Source of the DNA: an uncultured Gammaproteobacteria bacterium
GTDB taxonomy: Bacteria > Pseudomonadota > Gammaproteobacteria > UBA9214
Reading direction: 5' to 3'
Assembly (NCBI GenBank): GCA_963748215.1
Contig: CAVVHS010000008.1
Coordinates: 160,001 to 224,000 of the forward strand
Length of the DNA stretch: 64,000 nt
The translations under genes were made by a program, and so were the position numbers. This document shows, piece by piece, positions 46,195-57,500 of this stretch (the stretch's first letter is position 1; each line of letters starts with the position of its first letter). The notes under the pieces were generated by a model. That model did no database searches and had not been told where the DNA came from. It worked only from the letters and a program-made list of their open reading frames with translations.

Positions 46195-47162
46195 GGCACT
46201 TGCGCCCCTATGGCCGATTGATATAGCTAGCCGGAGAGGAGCAGCCAGGCAAAGCGGCTGTTATTCCTGATCGGTTAGTGGTGCTGTAAAGCACTCACCG
46301 GCCGAAATTTCCCTGGGAGAAAATAGGGGGAGGTAAGAGCTTGGATAATACACCCGCAGGCATCAATGTGTCCAAGCCTTTAATCCATACAGGGGTTAAA
46401 TTATGACGATCACAGCACCCCGGTCATGACACGTTCAGCAAGTGACCGATGTCGCTGCCAGCGTCATCGGTCAAGGCAAGAGATCTCTGATGAAATATGT
46501 AACGCGGTAGCGCGGCGTTGCTTACCTGAATTCATTTCCGCACCCTCTTTCGAACCGATTATCACGACGCACTTAACCGCAGTGGCCGGAACACTCTCCA
46601 TGCCAGGCTTCCGGGGAACAGCCAGAACCGGGAAGCGTCGCAGATAAATCTGCTGTCCTAACCCGTGTCAAAAGATAAATGTACACAGCTACGGATCGTT
46701 CCGCCAAACGCGGTTGCGTCACACACATCTCACACCGCTTATCAGGACATTCCCGGGCAATCCGCAAGGTGGATTGCCATCACGCATCATTCCTGCAATA
46801 CGATTCAACCCTGTTTATGGTCGTACCAGGGACCTGCTGAACAGATACGGCATTCTTTATGCTGTATTCGGGACGCGACCGGTTCACAGTTGCCCGTCGT
46901 TGGTTCAACGGCTGGTGACAGAGTGCCCGCTCATGCGGTCACTACAATTTTACGGGAGATTGACTGGCGGAAGGTCAAAATACCGTGCTTGCTCCACCCC
47001 GCCTTCATCTTTCATCGATGAGCTGAACCGGGTGGCAGTGATGCATGACCGGGACAACGAATTCGCGAGGGTGCTGCAAGCTGGCATGCGCGAGCAGGTC
47101 CCGCAAATCTCCCGAATGGAATTTTGACGCGACATGGAAAAACTCGTAACTTACTGATTTAA

Positions 47163-47209
47163 TGGTGGCTACGGGTGAACCTGAACCACCGACCCCGGCA
47201 TGATGAGTG
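47163..47209 (-). repeat. Degenerate copy of tRNA-Met 3' half (att site)
   Basis: TGGTGGCTACGGGTGAACCTGAACCACCGACCCCGGCATGATGAGTG; 4 mismatches to 61035-61081. Confidence 0.88.
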
Positions 47210-47404
47210 GCAGGGTTGGATTGTATCCAACTGTTTTACATGCGAAAAAATGGGACGTCTGTTGCCTCGATTGCGCAACGGTGCATAAGCGTACAGGATT
47301 CTGTCCCGTAAACTCCCGAAGCGATCAGGCACGGACGTTCAACCAAACCAGTCTGCCAAGGATGCAGGCTTGACATATCTGGCTTCGTCAACCATGCTTC
47401 GGTC

Positions 47405-47617
47405 ATGCACAGCATCAAGATCAGCTCCAAGGTCGACGAAGCTACCTGGAACGAACTCAAGGCGCTTGCCGCCGAGACGCACCAGAACGTCTCCGGCCTG
47501 CTCACCGAAGCGATTCGCGAGTTTGTCGCCAGGAAACGCGTACGGCCGGAAGTGTTGAATCACCTCGAGCAGTCCATCGCCGAAAACGAAGAACTGGGCA
47601 AGCTGCTTGCCAAGTGA
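47405..47617 (+). CDS. Antitoxin, ribbon-helix-helix/CopG-like
   Basis: IKISSKVDEATWNELKALA...VSGLLTEAIREF; coupled to Doc toxin. Confidence 0.8.
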   Translation: MHSIKISSKVDEATWNELKALAAETHQNVSGLLTEAIREFVARKRVRPEVLNHLEQSIAENEELGKLLAK

Positions 47618-47993
47618 CCGCGTTGCCTTCCTGAGCCGGGACGAGGTGCTGGCCATCCACAGCACCCTGCTGGATCGCTTTGGAGGGCCCGCGGGGGTGC
47701 GTGATTTCGGGCTGCTGGAAAGTGCCCTGTACCGCCCCCGGACCGGTCACTACGCTGACCTCGCCGAGATGGCCGCCGCGCTGTTCGAATCGCTCATCAT
47801 GAATCACCCCTTCGTCGACGGGAACAAACGTGTCGCGTTCTTTGCGACCGATGTGTTTTTGCGCCTGAACGGTTACAAGTTGAAGGTGGATGCGAACCAG
47901 GCTCACCGGTTCCTGATCGGGCTGCTGGAAAGCAATCGCTGTACGTTTGATGAATTATTGCCGTGGATTCGTGAGAACGTGATTGAACTATAG
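47607..47993 (+). CDS. doc: Doc (death-on-curing, Fic family) toxin
   Basis: GVRDFGLLESAL, NHPFVDGNKR. Confidence 0.92.
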   Translation: MPSDRVAFLSRDEVLAIHSTLLDRFGGPAGVRDFGLLESALYRPRTGHYADLAEMAAALFESLIMNHPFVDGNKRVAFFATDVFLRLNGYKLKVDANQAHRFLIGLLESNRCTFDELLPWIRENVIEL

Positions 47994-48410
47994 GTAAATC
48001 CCGCATTGCTCGTGGCTCGGATTACGGGGATACGGTCAACAACCGCCAACAGACTGTACAAAACGGAGAATAACAATCCGGGCAAGAGCAGTCGAAGTGC
48101 CAGCCACGTGTACCCCATACTGCCGGATGTTGTACTCAATTATGCCGGTGCCCGTTGCATCGATTGCACAACCATGCATGACTTACTCAACACAGTCCGG
48201 GAACATCCCGTACGGATTGATTGGGGATTCTGGAAAGTATACCTGCACGCGTTCAATATTATCCGGTAACAGGCGGAGATGATGCACACTGCGCCAGACA
48301 TGCCGACCAGCCGCACGTACCGTTACTGACACCCGCCAGCAGGCACCCTGACAGATAGCCAGCATCACCCCTGCTCGTGCAAGCATCCGACGAAAACGGT
48401 GCCGCCGACG

Positions 48411-48447
48411 GTGAAACACCATTTCACTGCGTGAAGCGTGCTTGCAC
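48411..48447. promoter_or_regulatory. Tandem putative enhancer sites for a sigma54 activator
   Basis: GTGAAA-N5-TTTCAC and GTGAAG-N5-TTGCAC, 20 bp apart, ~120-160 bp upstream of the -24/-12 element. Confidence 0.55.
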
Positions 48448-48568
48448 ATGCCTAACCGGCTGAGTTGGCAGGCAGTTGTTCTGCTACTACTCCAAAGATA
48501 CTGCAGCGGAATTTCCCGGCGGTGCCACGAGTGTTGGCATCTACCTGTTTAATCATCAAATTAGCAGC

Positions 48569-48583
48569 TGGCATGGGTATTGC
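48569..48583 (+). promoter_or_regulatory. Sigma54 (-24/-12) promoter of nirK
   Basis: TGGCATG-GGTA-TTGC. Confidence 0.8.
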
Positions 48584-48685
48584 TTTGTTCCTGATACGTC
48601 GCAATAAACCTGAGCGGCGCGGGAAGTGCCGCCGCGAGGCGGACTACATAAATTCAAACAACATCAAGCAAAGGGGAAAAATACC

Positions 48686-49720
48686 ATGAACCAAACAACA
48701 ACGCGGCTATTGAATGTACTGGGGACCGCCGTCCTGGGGTGTCTGTTGAACGTATCCGCGGCCACTGCGACTCCCGTGGTTGCCACCGTGGCCAAAGACC
48801 CCACGGATGTCCCGGCGCCTATCCGTCGGAGCAAGCCGACAACCGTGACAGTGAACCTGATCGCCACGGAAGTCATAACCGAGATCGCACCCGGCAAGAA
48901 GGCGTGGGTGTGGACGTTTAACGACACCGTGCCCGGGCCCATGATTCGGGTGATGCAGGGGGATACGGTCGTGATCAACCTCACCAACGACATGAATAAC
49001 GAAGAACCGCACAACATCGACTTCCATGCGTCCATGGGACCGGGCGGTGGTGCGTCGGTGACCAACGTTGAGCCGGGTGAAACCGCGACCCTGAGCTTCA
49101 AGGCCCTCAAACCCGGCGCGTTTATTTACCACTGTGCCGGCGAGGGCATGGCCTGGGAGCATATCACCTACGGCATGTACGGCCTGATCATGGTCGAACC
49201 CAAAGGTGGTCTCAAGAAAGTGGATCGCGAGTTCTACGTGGCGCAGCAGGACTGGTACCATGACGTTCTGAGCGGGGGTGCCCATGGGCTTCCGGATTAC
49301 GTTTATATTCTGGACGACGACAAGGCCCTGGATGAACACCCGAGCATGTACACCTTCAACGGGCACCAGCAGGCACTGGCCGACCCGGCGCTGTTCGGAG
49401 ATGCCATGCATTCACGGCAAGGTGACAAGGTGCGCTTCTTCTTCGTCAACGGTGGGCCGAACAAGTCCTCGGCCTGGCATATCATCGGCACGATCTTCGA
49501 CGAGGTCTACAGGAGCGACCCGAAGGATGCCGTGCGCGCCGAGGAAACCGTGGCAGTACCGCCCGGCTCGGCGGCCGTGTTCGAGCTGACCACGCCGGTG
49601 CCCGGCAAGTACCTGCTGGTTGACCATGCCTTGTGGAGAGCACCGAAGGGTGCCGCCGGCTTCCTCACTGTCGACCAGACCGGTGCCTGGCCGGACGACA
49701 TCTTCTCGCCGCAACCGTAG
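48686..49720 (+). CDS. nirK: Copper-containing nitrite reductase
   Basis: Signal peptide, PHNIDFH, YHCA..EHITYGMYG, WHIIG, LVDH. Confidence 0.92.
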   Translation: MNQTTTRLLNVLGTAVLGCLLNVSAATATPVVATVAKDPTDVPAPIRRSKPTTVTVNLIATEVITEIAPGKKAWVWTFNDTVPGPMIRVMQGDTVVINLTNDMNNEEPHNIDFHASMGPGGGASVTNVEPGETATLSFKALKPGAFIYHCAGEGMAWEHITYGMYGLIMVEPKGGLKKVDREFYVAQQDWYHDVLSGGAHGLPDYVYILDDDKALDEHPSMYTFNGHQQALADPALFGDAMHSRQGDKVRFFFVNGGPNKSSAWHIIGTIFDEVYRSDPKDAVRAEETVAVPPGSAAVFELTTPVPGKYLLVDHALWRAPKGAAGFLTVDQTGAWPDDIFSPQP

Positions 49721-49865
49721 CGTACGGATGCCGCGACGAGTCTACGCGCCCGTCCTGTTGCCCTTGGCGGCAGGGCGGGCGGGTCTGTCCTGATGTCCCT
49801 CTCCCGACTGCAGGAATCGCCTGACGTGGCGGGCAAAAGAAGCCACGCGCCCGAATCAGCCACCG

Positions 49866-51371
49866 CTAGTTCCTGTAGTCGGCGGGCTTCAGCCCGTAAG
49901 ACCGCAGCTTCATGTAGACCGCGCGGGTCGTGAGCCCCATATCCGCAGCCACCCGTTGGATGCTGCCGTGGTGCCGGGACAGACTCTCCACAAGGTACAG
50001 ACGCTCTTCCGTCTCAATGGCGCGACGCCGGCGATCTTTCCAGCCCTGGCCCGACTCGGTCCCTGGTGCTTCACATGTTGCCAGATCGGCGGCATCAATC
50101 AGCAAACGATCCAGCGCTGGCCCCGGGCTGAACAGGAAGCTGCGTTCGAGCACGTTCTCCAGCTCACGCACATTCCCCGGCCAGTCACGGACGAGCAGTT
50201 GTTTCATCACACCCTCGGTTACGGGTAATTTCGGCTTGTGGTACTTGGCACTGAGACGGTCGAGAATGTGCTCGACCAGGGCAGGGATGTCCTCTGGCCG
50301 TTCGCGCAGGGGCGGAATGTGAATATTGATGACATTAATACGATAGTAGAGATCACTGAGGAAGTCGCCAGCCTCGATGGCTTGATCCAGCGGCCGGTTG
50401 GTGGCGGCGATGATGCGTGCATTGGTGTGCAGCACCTCATGCCCCCCCAGCCGTTCGTACTCGCCTTCCTGCAATACACGCAGCAGTCGGGTTTGCGCCG
50501 TTGCCGACAATGCATTCACCTCATCCAGAAACAGGGTTCCATCCTGCGCCCGCTCGAAAAGACCGTGGTGTATTGTTGTCGCCCCGGTAAAAGCACCGCG
50601 CTCGTGTCCGAACAGGGTGCTTTCAATCAACGCGTCCGGAATAGCGCCACAGTTCACTCCCAGGAATTCACCGTGTGTGCGAACACTGTTTGCGTGAACC
50701 GTGCGCGCGACAAGCTCCTTGCCGGTCCCTGTCTGACCGGTAATGAGTACGGTGGCAGAGGTGGGAGCAACACACCTGGCCGCCGCCAGGACATGCTGCA
50801 TCGCCGGTGACCGTGCTATCACGCAACGAGCCGTCGCAGGTTCAGGGACCGCTTGGCAGCCGAGGCGGTCATATTCCGTACCAGGTACGTTCCGGGCCTG
50901 TTCCGCACACAGATAGATACAAAAACCGCAGCTGTCGCCGGTACGTGTGATCAGCCGGTCCACGGCGATCTTCGCGTAGCCGAAGTTGCGAGCCGCAATG
51001 CTGCCAAAGATGCCGAGCGCCGTTTGACACAGATCCGTCACATCAGCGCATGACCGTCGCACGAATGGACAGCGCCGGTTGATAATGTGGATCATGCCCT
51101 GGCTTTGCACCGAGGCGTTCAAATCGCCGCCCGCGCCATTGACCATTCGGGCCACAAGGGTGGCATAACTGCCCTCCTCCAGCACGGAGTCGACGAGACC
51201 GAGCTCGATCCGATAGCTGTTTTCCAGCGCCTTGATAGCGCCCGCGTCGGGCCGCGGTGCGAGGGCATGCGGGGTGCTGCGACGGTCTGCACGCGCTCGC
51301 GACATACTAAGTGCGCATGTCACAAAGGGAGTGCCCCTGGAGTCAGAATGATGTGAACGTTCCCTGTCCAT
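49866..51371 (-). CDS. Sigma54-dependent activator with Cys-rich V4R/MetOD1-like N-terminal sensor (start uncertain)
   Basis: RCPF..DLC..GIFGSIAARNFGYAK..C; GQTGTGKE, GAFTGA, WPGNVREL, Fis-type HTH. Confidence 0.88.
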   Translation of the reverse strand: MDRERSHHSDSRGTPFVTCALSMSRARADRRSTPHALAPRPDAGAIKALENSYRIELGLVDSVLEEGSYATLVARMVNGAGGDLNASVQSQGMIHIINRRCPFVRRSCADVTDLCQTALGIFGSIAARNFGYAKIAVDRLITRTGDSCGFCIYLCAEQARNVPGTEYDRLGCQAVPEPATARCVIARSPAMQHVLAAARCVAPTSATVLITGQTGTGKELVARTVHANSVRTHGEFLGVNCGAIPDALIESTLFGHERGAFTGATTIHHGLFERAQDGTLFLDEVNALSATAQTRLLRVLQEGEYERLGGHEVLHTNARIIAATNRPLDQAIEAGDFLSDLYYRINVINIHIPPLRERPEDIPALVEHILDRLSAKYHKPKLPVTEGVMKQLLVRDWPGNVRELENVLERSFLFSPGPALDRLLIDAADLATCEAPGTESGQGWKDRRRRAIETEERLYLVESLSRHHGSIQRVAADMGLTTRAVYMKLRSYGLKPADYRN

Positions 51372-51584
51372 ACCGTCCCCCCCCCCCCCGGGTTGCCGCG
51401 CACGCGACAGGATGGAATAAGTACAAGGTTAGATCAATGTTAGTATATGGTCATGGCCATTTCTACCTGCAAAAGCGATCATTAAACGTTTTCGGGATGA
51501 CTCCGATTGGTGATTGCGTCAAGATCCGGAGGTGCCGTCCCATGGTTCCCGAGGTTTCGCGGCGCTTCAATGCACAAAAGTAAA

Positions 51585-51761
51585 CGTCGCTTGCTGGCGA
51601 CCGGCGTGTCATTCGAGGACCGTCAGGATCTGCCGGGATACATGGCGGGACGCATTACCACGCACTACCCGGCGGCGAAGTTGGTGAACCTCATCGAGGC
51701 CGCCAACCGGGTGTGCGGACAAAGGTCCCGCAATGATTGTGTTGCGCAGTGCGCAGCATAA
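51585..51761 (+). pseudogene. C-terminal relic of a tyrosine integrase
   Basis: RRLLATGVSFEDRQDLPGYMAGRITTHY..LIEAANRVC: box II with catalytic Tyr retained and LGH degenerated; abuts the att copy. Confidence 0.75.
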
Positions 51762-51790
51762 TTCGTAATATATTGATTCAGCGGGATATA

Positions 51791-51837
51791 TGGTGGCTAC
51801 GGGTGGACTTGAACCACCGACCCCAGCATTATGAGTG
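51791..51837 (-). repeat. Exact 47-bp copy of tRNA-Met 3' half (attR)
   Basis: Identical to 61035-61081. Confidence 0.95.
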
Positions 51838-52027
51838 ACTGAGTTGGCTTGTATCTATCTGTTTTACATGCGATTAAATGGGGCGTCTGTTGCTTCGATT
51901 GCACAACGATGCGTAACCGTGCAGGACTGTGTCCCGTAAAAGTCCCGAAGTCAGTTACTGCGGATTTCCGATCAGAACGGCCTCCAGGTTGGTTGACGCG
52001 TCCGGTTTCGTCAACCACGCTCCAGTG

Positions 52028-52450
52028 ATGCCCAGCATCAAGATCAGCACGAAGGTCGACGAGGCCACCTGGAACGAACTCAAGGCGCTCGCCGCTGAGA
52101 CACACCAGAACGTGTCCGGCCTGCTCACGGAAGCGATCAGCGAGTAAGTCGCACGCAGGCGTGTGCGGCCCGTAGTCCTGAATCACCTCGAGCTGTCCAT
52201 CGCCGAAAACGAAGATCTGCCCAGGCTTCTTGCCAATTAGCCGCGTTGCCTTCCCGAGCCGGGACAAGGTACTGACCATCCACAACACCCTGCTGGAACG
52301 CTTTGGTGGACAGTGGGTATCCGTAATTACGGTTTGCTGGAGACTGCGTTGTACCGCATCCAGACCGGTCACTACGCCGATCTTGTCGAGATGGCGGCTG
52401 CCCTTTTCGAACCGCTCATCATGAACCGCCCCTTTCGTCGACGGGAATAA
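52028..52450 (+). pseudogene. Degenerate second copy of the RHH/Doc toxin-antitoxin module
   Basis: Collinear with 47405-47826; premature TAA 52145-47 in antitoxin; toxin start lost, frameshifted and truncated after the F..DGN motif. Confidence 0.85.
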
Positions 52451-52599
52451 CAGCCATGACCCTGCGCGTGGTCAGCCATAGGATCGGAGTGATTTGCATC
52501 CCGGCAAGCCATCCCTTAGGGTTGCCTCATCCATTGAGCCGGGACATTGCCCCGGCCGGTACCATACATCATATACCGGTATATTCTCCGGCCCTGGCT

Positions 52600-54168
52600 G
52601 TGAACACTGACAGAGACAAACTCACCACCGGAGGGCGGTCGACAAGAACCACGGGGCTCGTGCTGGCTGCTGTTGCAGGCGCGGCCGTGATGGTGGTCGA
52701 ACTGGGGGTCGCGCGCGTTCTGACCCCGGTGTTCGGCGGTTCCATTTCGGTGTGGGCGATCGTGATCGCGACCACCATGCTGGCGCTGGCCGCCGGTTAT
52801 GCCTACGGCGGCTATCGGGCCGACCGCAGTGGGGGAATGGTGGTAGCGGGTCGCGCTGCGGTCATCGGAGCGCTGCTGTGCGCCGCCATTCCCCTGATTC
52901 GCCTGCCGCTGATCGAGGCCACCATCGAACTTTCCACGCTGGCCGGTGCAGCCACCGTTGCCCTCATCCTGATCGCACCGTCGTTGTTCTTTCTCAGCCA
53001 GGTCTCACCGGCGCTGATCCGCGGACTCGCGTCAGACGGCGTCACCCATGTGGGTATCACGGCGGGTGGCATCTACGCGGTATCCACGCTCGGCAGCCTG
53101 TTCGGCACCCTGGCAGCGGTCTGGCTGTTCCTCTATCTGCCGCTCGCGAGCGGGTTCCTGGCGACGGCGGTCCTGGTGGCGCTGCCGGTGCTGCTGTTAA
53201 GGCCCGTCGCCGCAGGCACTGCCCTGGCGGGGATGGCGGTCCTGCTGGCGCTATCAGCCGGCCCGCTGGTAAAACTGTCCGCGGGCGAGGTCATTCACGA
53301 GCAGGGCTTCAGTCTGCTGGAGACACGGAACTCTCCCTACGGTGAACTGCGCGTGATCGAGCAGCAGGACAGGGTCCGCTACATGCTGGTCAATGGATTC
53401 GACCAGGGCGGCATCTTTCTCTTCAGCGGCGAGTCCGCCTACGATTTCGATGACGGCCTGATTGGCCTGGCGGACATGTACGCCACGGCGCCCGCCGACC
53501 GGGTCCTGCTGATCGGGCTGGGCCCCGGTGTCATTGCAAACACGCTGGCAGAGAGGGGTCTGCAGGTCGATGTCGTGGAGATCGATACCGAGGTCTATCG
53601 GATCGCGCGCGACTATTTCGGTTACGGCGGCGAGGTCATCGTGGATGATGGCAGGCGTTTCCTGCGGCGCACGCAAGAGACCTGGGACATCATCATCGTC
53701 GATGCTTTCGCCGGTGGCAGCCCGCCATGGCAACTCTACACACGCGAGGCCTTTGCCCTCTACCAGGCACACCTGAATACCGGCGGGGTCGTGGTGCTCA
53801 ATTTCATCGGTAGCCATCTGGACCCCGGGCAGCGTCCGGCGCTCGAGGCAGTGGCCAGCACGGCGCGGCAGGTGTTCGCCACGGTCGATGTCTATCCCAG
53901 CCCCTGGGAAGCGGTGGACTATCCCACACGCAACATCTTCATCGCCGCGGCCGCGGCACCGCTCCCGGCCGGTCGGCGTGAGCGCGGGGACCCGTTCGAG
54001 GCCGACACCCTGTCGGAGGCGCTGGCCCGCACCCTGCCCATCGAGGTCGACGCGGGGCGGGTACTGAGGGATGATTCGGCGCCGCTGGAGCCGCTGGTGC
54101 GCCGCACCACCGAGATACTGCGCAACCGGGTGCGCGAATATCTCCCGGTCGGCCTGTTGATCCGCTAG
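52600..54168 (+). CDS. Fused membrane domain / spermidine synthase-like methyltransferase
   Basis: ~7 TM (GAAVMVVEL, YAVSTLGSLFGT), VLLIGLGPG, VEID, DGRRFL, IIVDAF; start uncertain. Confidence 0.85.
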   Translation: MNTDRDKLTTGGRSTRTTGLVLAAVAGAAVMVVELGVARVLTPVFGGSISVWAIVIATTMLALAAGYAYGGYRADRSGGMVVAGRAAVIGALLCAAIPLIRLPLIEATIELSTLAGAATVALILIAPSLFFLSQVSPALIRGLASDGVTHVGITAGGIYAVSTLGSLFGTLAAVWLFLYLPLASGFLATAVLVALPVLLLRPVAAGTALAGMAVLLALSAGPLVKLSAGEVIHEQGFSLLETRNSPYGELRVIEQQDRVRYMLVNGFDQGGIFLFSGESAYDFDDGLIGLADMYATAPADRVLLIGLGPGVIANTLAERGLQVDVVEIDTEVYRIARDYFGYGGEVIVDDGRRFLRRTQETWDIIIVDAFAGGSPPWQLYTREAFALYQAHLNTGGVVVLNFIGSHLDPGQRPALEAVASTARQVFATVDVYPSPWEAVDYPTRNIFIAAAAAPLPAGRRERGDPFEADTLSEALARTLPIEVDAGRVLRDDSAPLEPLVRRTTEILRNRVREYLPVGLLIR

Positions 54169-54285
54169 CGCGCAGCCGCCGTGTGCCGGCGGCGCATCAG
54201 TATCTGCTAATTTGCAATCCGCCGGCGTTGGTGATTTTATGGAACGAGGATGTGAGGTGGACGCCGGTGACCGGTTGAATGCCAC

Positions 54286-54345
54286 TGACAGATCTGACAG
54301 TCCTGGCTGACAGATATGTCAGCGTACTGCATGACAATAATGTCA
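54286..54345. promoter_or_regulatory. Three TGACA-N4-TGTCA-type enhancer sites
   Basis: TGACAGATCTGACA (54286), TGACAGATATGTCA (54308), TGACAATAATGTCA (54332). Confidence 0.65.
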
Positions 54346-54438
54346 TGATAAATGGCAGTCGTGCCAGCCAGATATGGCAAACTTCAAATCAATATACGAA
54401 GAAAGTACTAGTACGCTGAGGCTTATCTCAAGTCAAAC

Positions 54439-54453
54439 TGGCACATTAATTGC
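54439..54453 (+). promoter_or_regulatory. Sigma54 promoter of the multiheme cytochrome gene
   Basis: TGGCACA-TTAA-TTGC. Confidence 0.85.
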
Positions 54454-54569
54454 TAGCAAGATCTGTAACCGTAATCGATACGGGTTCGGTGCTTTTTAAC
54501 AAAATCGGAAAGGTTCGGAATCGTAGCTGATTACGAACCATCTCAAGATCCCATCAGGGGGGGCCAGGC

Positions 54570-57500
54570 ATGACAACAACACATTTCCTGCATATTACGC
54601 GTCGTATGCTGGCGGCCATCGGGGGCGGCGCCATACTGGCACTCGCTGCCGCGCCGGCGCTGGCCGCGCCGGGCGGCGGTGGCACGCCCATCTCCTGCAA
54701 CAGCATCAGTCCCTACCAGTGGTACGGTGGGCGTACCGGTTATCTACACCGTGAGTACCTCGGGCGGCAAGGGCGGCAAGTCCTATGCCTGGACCTTCTC
54801 CGGGCCGGCAGCGCCGACGGCCTCCACTCTTGCTACGCCCTCGGTGACCTACAGCGCCGCCGGCACCTTCGGGGTCAGCGTGCATGTCACCGACAGGAGC
54901 GGCGAGTGCACCGCCAACGCCAACATAACGATAGCGGGCGGGACCAACAATCCGCCGGTGGCCAACAACGACAGCTATGACGCCACCGATGGACAGACGC
55001 TCAGCGTCGGCGCCCCGGGTGTGCTCGGCAATGACACGGACGAGACACCGGCAACGCTGACCGCCGTGCTGCAGACGGGGACGACCAAGGGAACGCTGAA
55101 CCTGAATGCCAGCGGTGCCTTTACGTATGACTACACCGGCACGGGTCCCTTCCCCGGACACGGACAGCTTCACCTACCAGGCGCAAGGACGACATCAACC
55201 AGCTCTCCAACACCGCCACCGTCACGATCACCATCGCGGAAGGCGGCGTCACGGGTGGCTCGCCGGTGGGCCGTGGTGACACCTACGCGACCCCGGTCGG
55301 CACCGCGCTCAACGTGACGGCCTACCGTCTCGCGGGCGTGCTGTACAACGACTTCGACACCGATGCCGGCGGCAACAACATCGGCAACGCCGGCCTGACG
55401 GCAACAACTGGTCAGCGGCCCGACCAACGCCGCGAGCTTCTCCTTCAATGCGGACGGTTCGTTCAGCTACACGCCGAGCACGAGCCTGAGCGACAACGAC
55501 AACGACAGCTTCACCTACCGGGCCAGCGACGGCAGCAACCTGTCGGCCGTCACCACGGTGAACATCAATATCCTGTCGAAGCAGACGGACTTCAAGATCA
55601 TCATGAACTACGAGCTGGGCATGCACTGCACCGGCTTCGAGTTCGCCTACTGCTGCGTACTGCCGCCCTACAACTCCATCCTGGCGCAGGTCGTCAAGCC
55701 GCAGACACCGGGTGACCCGGTCACCGGCGCCGACTTCCCGCGCCTGCTGGAAGGCGACCACAACAACACCGATGGCCTCGGCCGGCCGATCGTGATGCGT
55801 GACGCGGCCCTGGACGGCAACGGCAACTTCAAGAAGTATTTCCTGGAGTACTACCACGACGCGCAGCCGCGCCACGAGGGCCAGGGCAAGGTCCAGACCT
55901 CGACGCTGATCAGCGCGGTCGAGGGCAACTCGCTGTTCTACACATCGACGATCTACGACTCGGCGGCACCGGATACCAATGGCAAGCTGGTCTACGGTCA
56001 CCTACGAGGGCGCCGACGGCGTGGTGCTGGGCGACGGGGATTTCAACGACCCGACCGACAACTACGCCAACGGCTGGCTGAACCACTTCTACATCTACGC
56101 CGACCTGGAAGGCAGCAACCCCGCCGGCACCAGCCTCGACTCCGCGAAGATCCGTCTCGGCGTCACCGGTCATGTGGAGTACCCGGCCGACGTCGGTGCG
56201 GCCCTGCAGCCCATGGGCCCGACCGGCAGCGCGGCCGGCTTCGACAACGTGCTGACCTTCTCGGGCGACACCGGCACCGTGGTCTACACCCAGATGAAGG
56301 TGCTGGAGAACCTGCCGGTCATGCTGACCTCGCCGGACATCTGGGAGGCCCTGGGCCTGCCGCTGACGCCGTTCGAGGACAGCATCGACTTCTTCGGCGA
56401 TCCCGGCGCGGTGGACGAGGACTCGATCCGTCCCTACGTGGCGATGAAGGCGCACCTGCATGTCGCGAACTGCGATGCCAACGGTCAGAACTGCACCCAG
56501 GGCAACGCGGTGATCGGCAGCAACGGCAAGCCGGTGATCGGCCACGGCACGGCGCCGATCGACATCCCGAACTGCGAGCGCTGCCACTCGGTGCCGGCCA
56601 TGACGGGCAGGGCAACCGAACATCAACAGCCCGAGCTACATCCGTCAGCGACTTCACCTTCCCGCACGGCGGCACCTATGCCGGCGCGACACTGGAGGCG
56701 GTGACCGACGCGGAGAACAGTTTCTGGGATGCCTACTACGGCATCGTCGCCGGGCGTGGACTCCGACTGGTACTCGCGCCTGAAGGGTGCGGCGATCAAC
56801 ATGCTGGCGCTGCATGACTTCGACCAGGGCACCAGCTTCACGGCCAACTGGCCGTCGGGCAGCTGCCAACGAGTGCCGGCCTGCCGCAGAACACCCGCCT
56901 CGGCAAGGAGAGCGTGATCTGCCAGAAGTGCCATGCGGACAACGTCATCGCGGTGGTGAAATCCGCCTACAAGGATGCCGGCCTGACGCAGGTCATCAAG
57001 CCGATCACCGAGGCGATCCACTGGCGCCACCGTGAGATCAGCGAGGGTGGCAGTATCGACTTCGCCGATAGCGGCGGGCCGCAGCGGCGGTTGCCAGGGC
57101 TGTCATCCGGCGCACCGCTCCGACGGCGTGATGGACGGCTATCCGATCACCCTGGGCGGCGACAACGCACAGGCCAACAGCGACAACCGCGCTGGCCAGT
57201 GGCGGCTGCTTCGTCGGCCGCGACGTGCACTCCAACCCGATGAAGGACGTCGACGGTGCCGAGACGCCGTCACACCTCAACGCGGTCGGCAGCTGGCTGG
57301 CCGACAACGTGTTCAACAACCAGGATGGCGTGGCCGGCGTGGCCGGCACGACACCGCGGTCTCTGGTGCACCAACTGCCACACCCAGCTGGGCCAGGAGA
57401 TGTGGAAGGCCGAGAACTGTCCGGACCTGATCAACGGCGACTGCATCACCAACCCGCGCGGTCGGACCGACGCTGGCGGCGGTGGCCGCGGCCGTCGGCG

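Noticed and set aside
47163-51837. Additional tRNA genes at 47163 and 51791
   Set aside because: Only the 3' half (anticodon loop to CCA) is present; no D-arm or 5' acceptor strand
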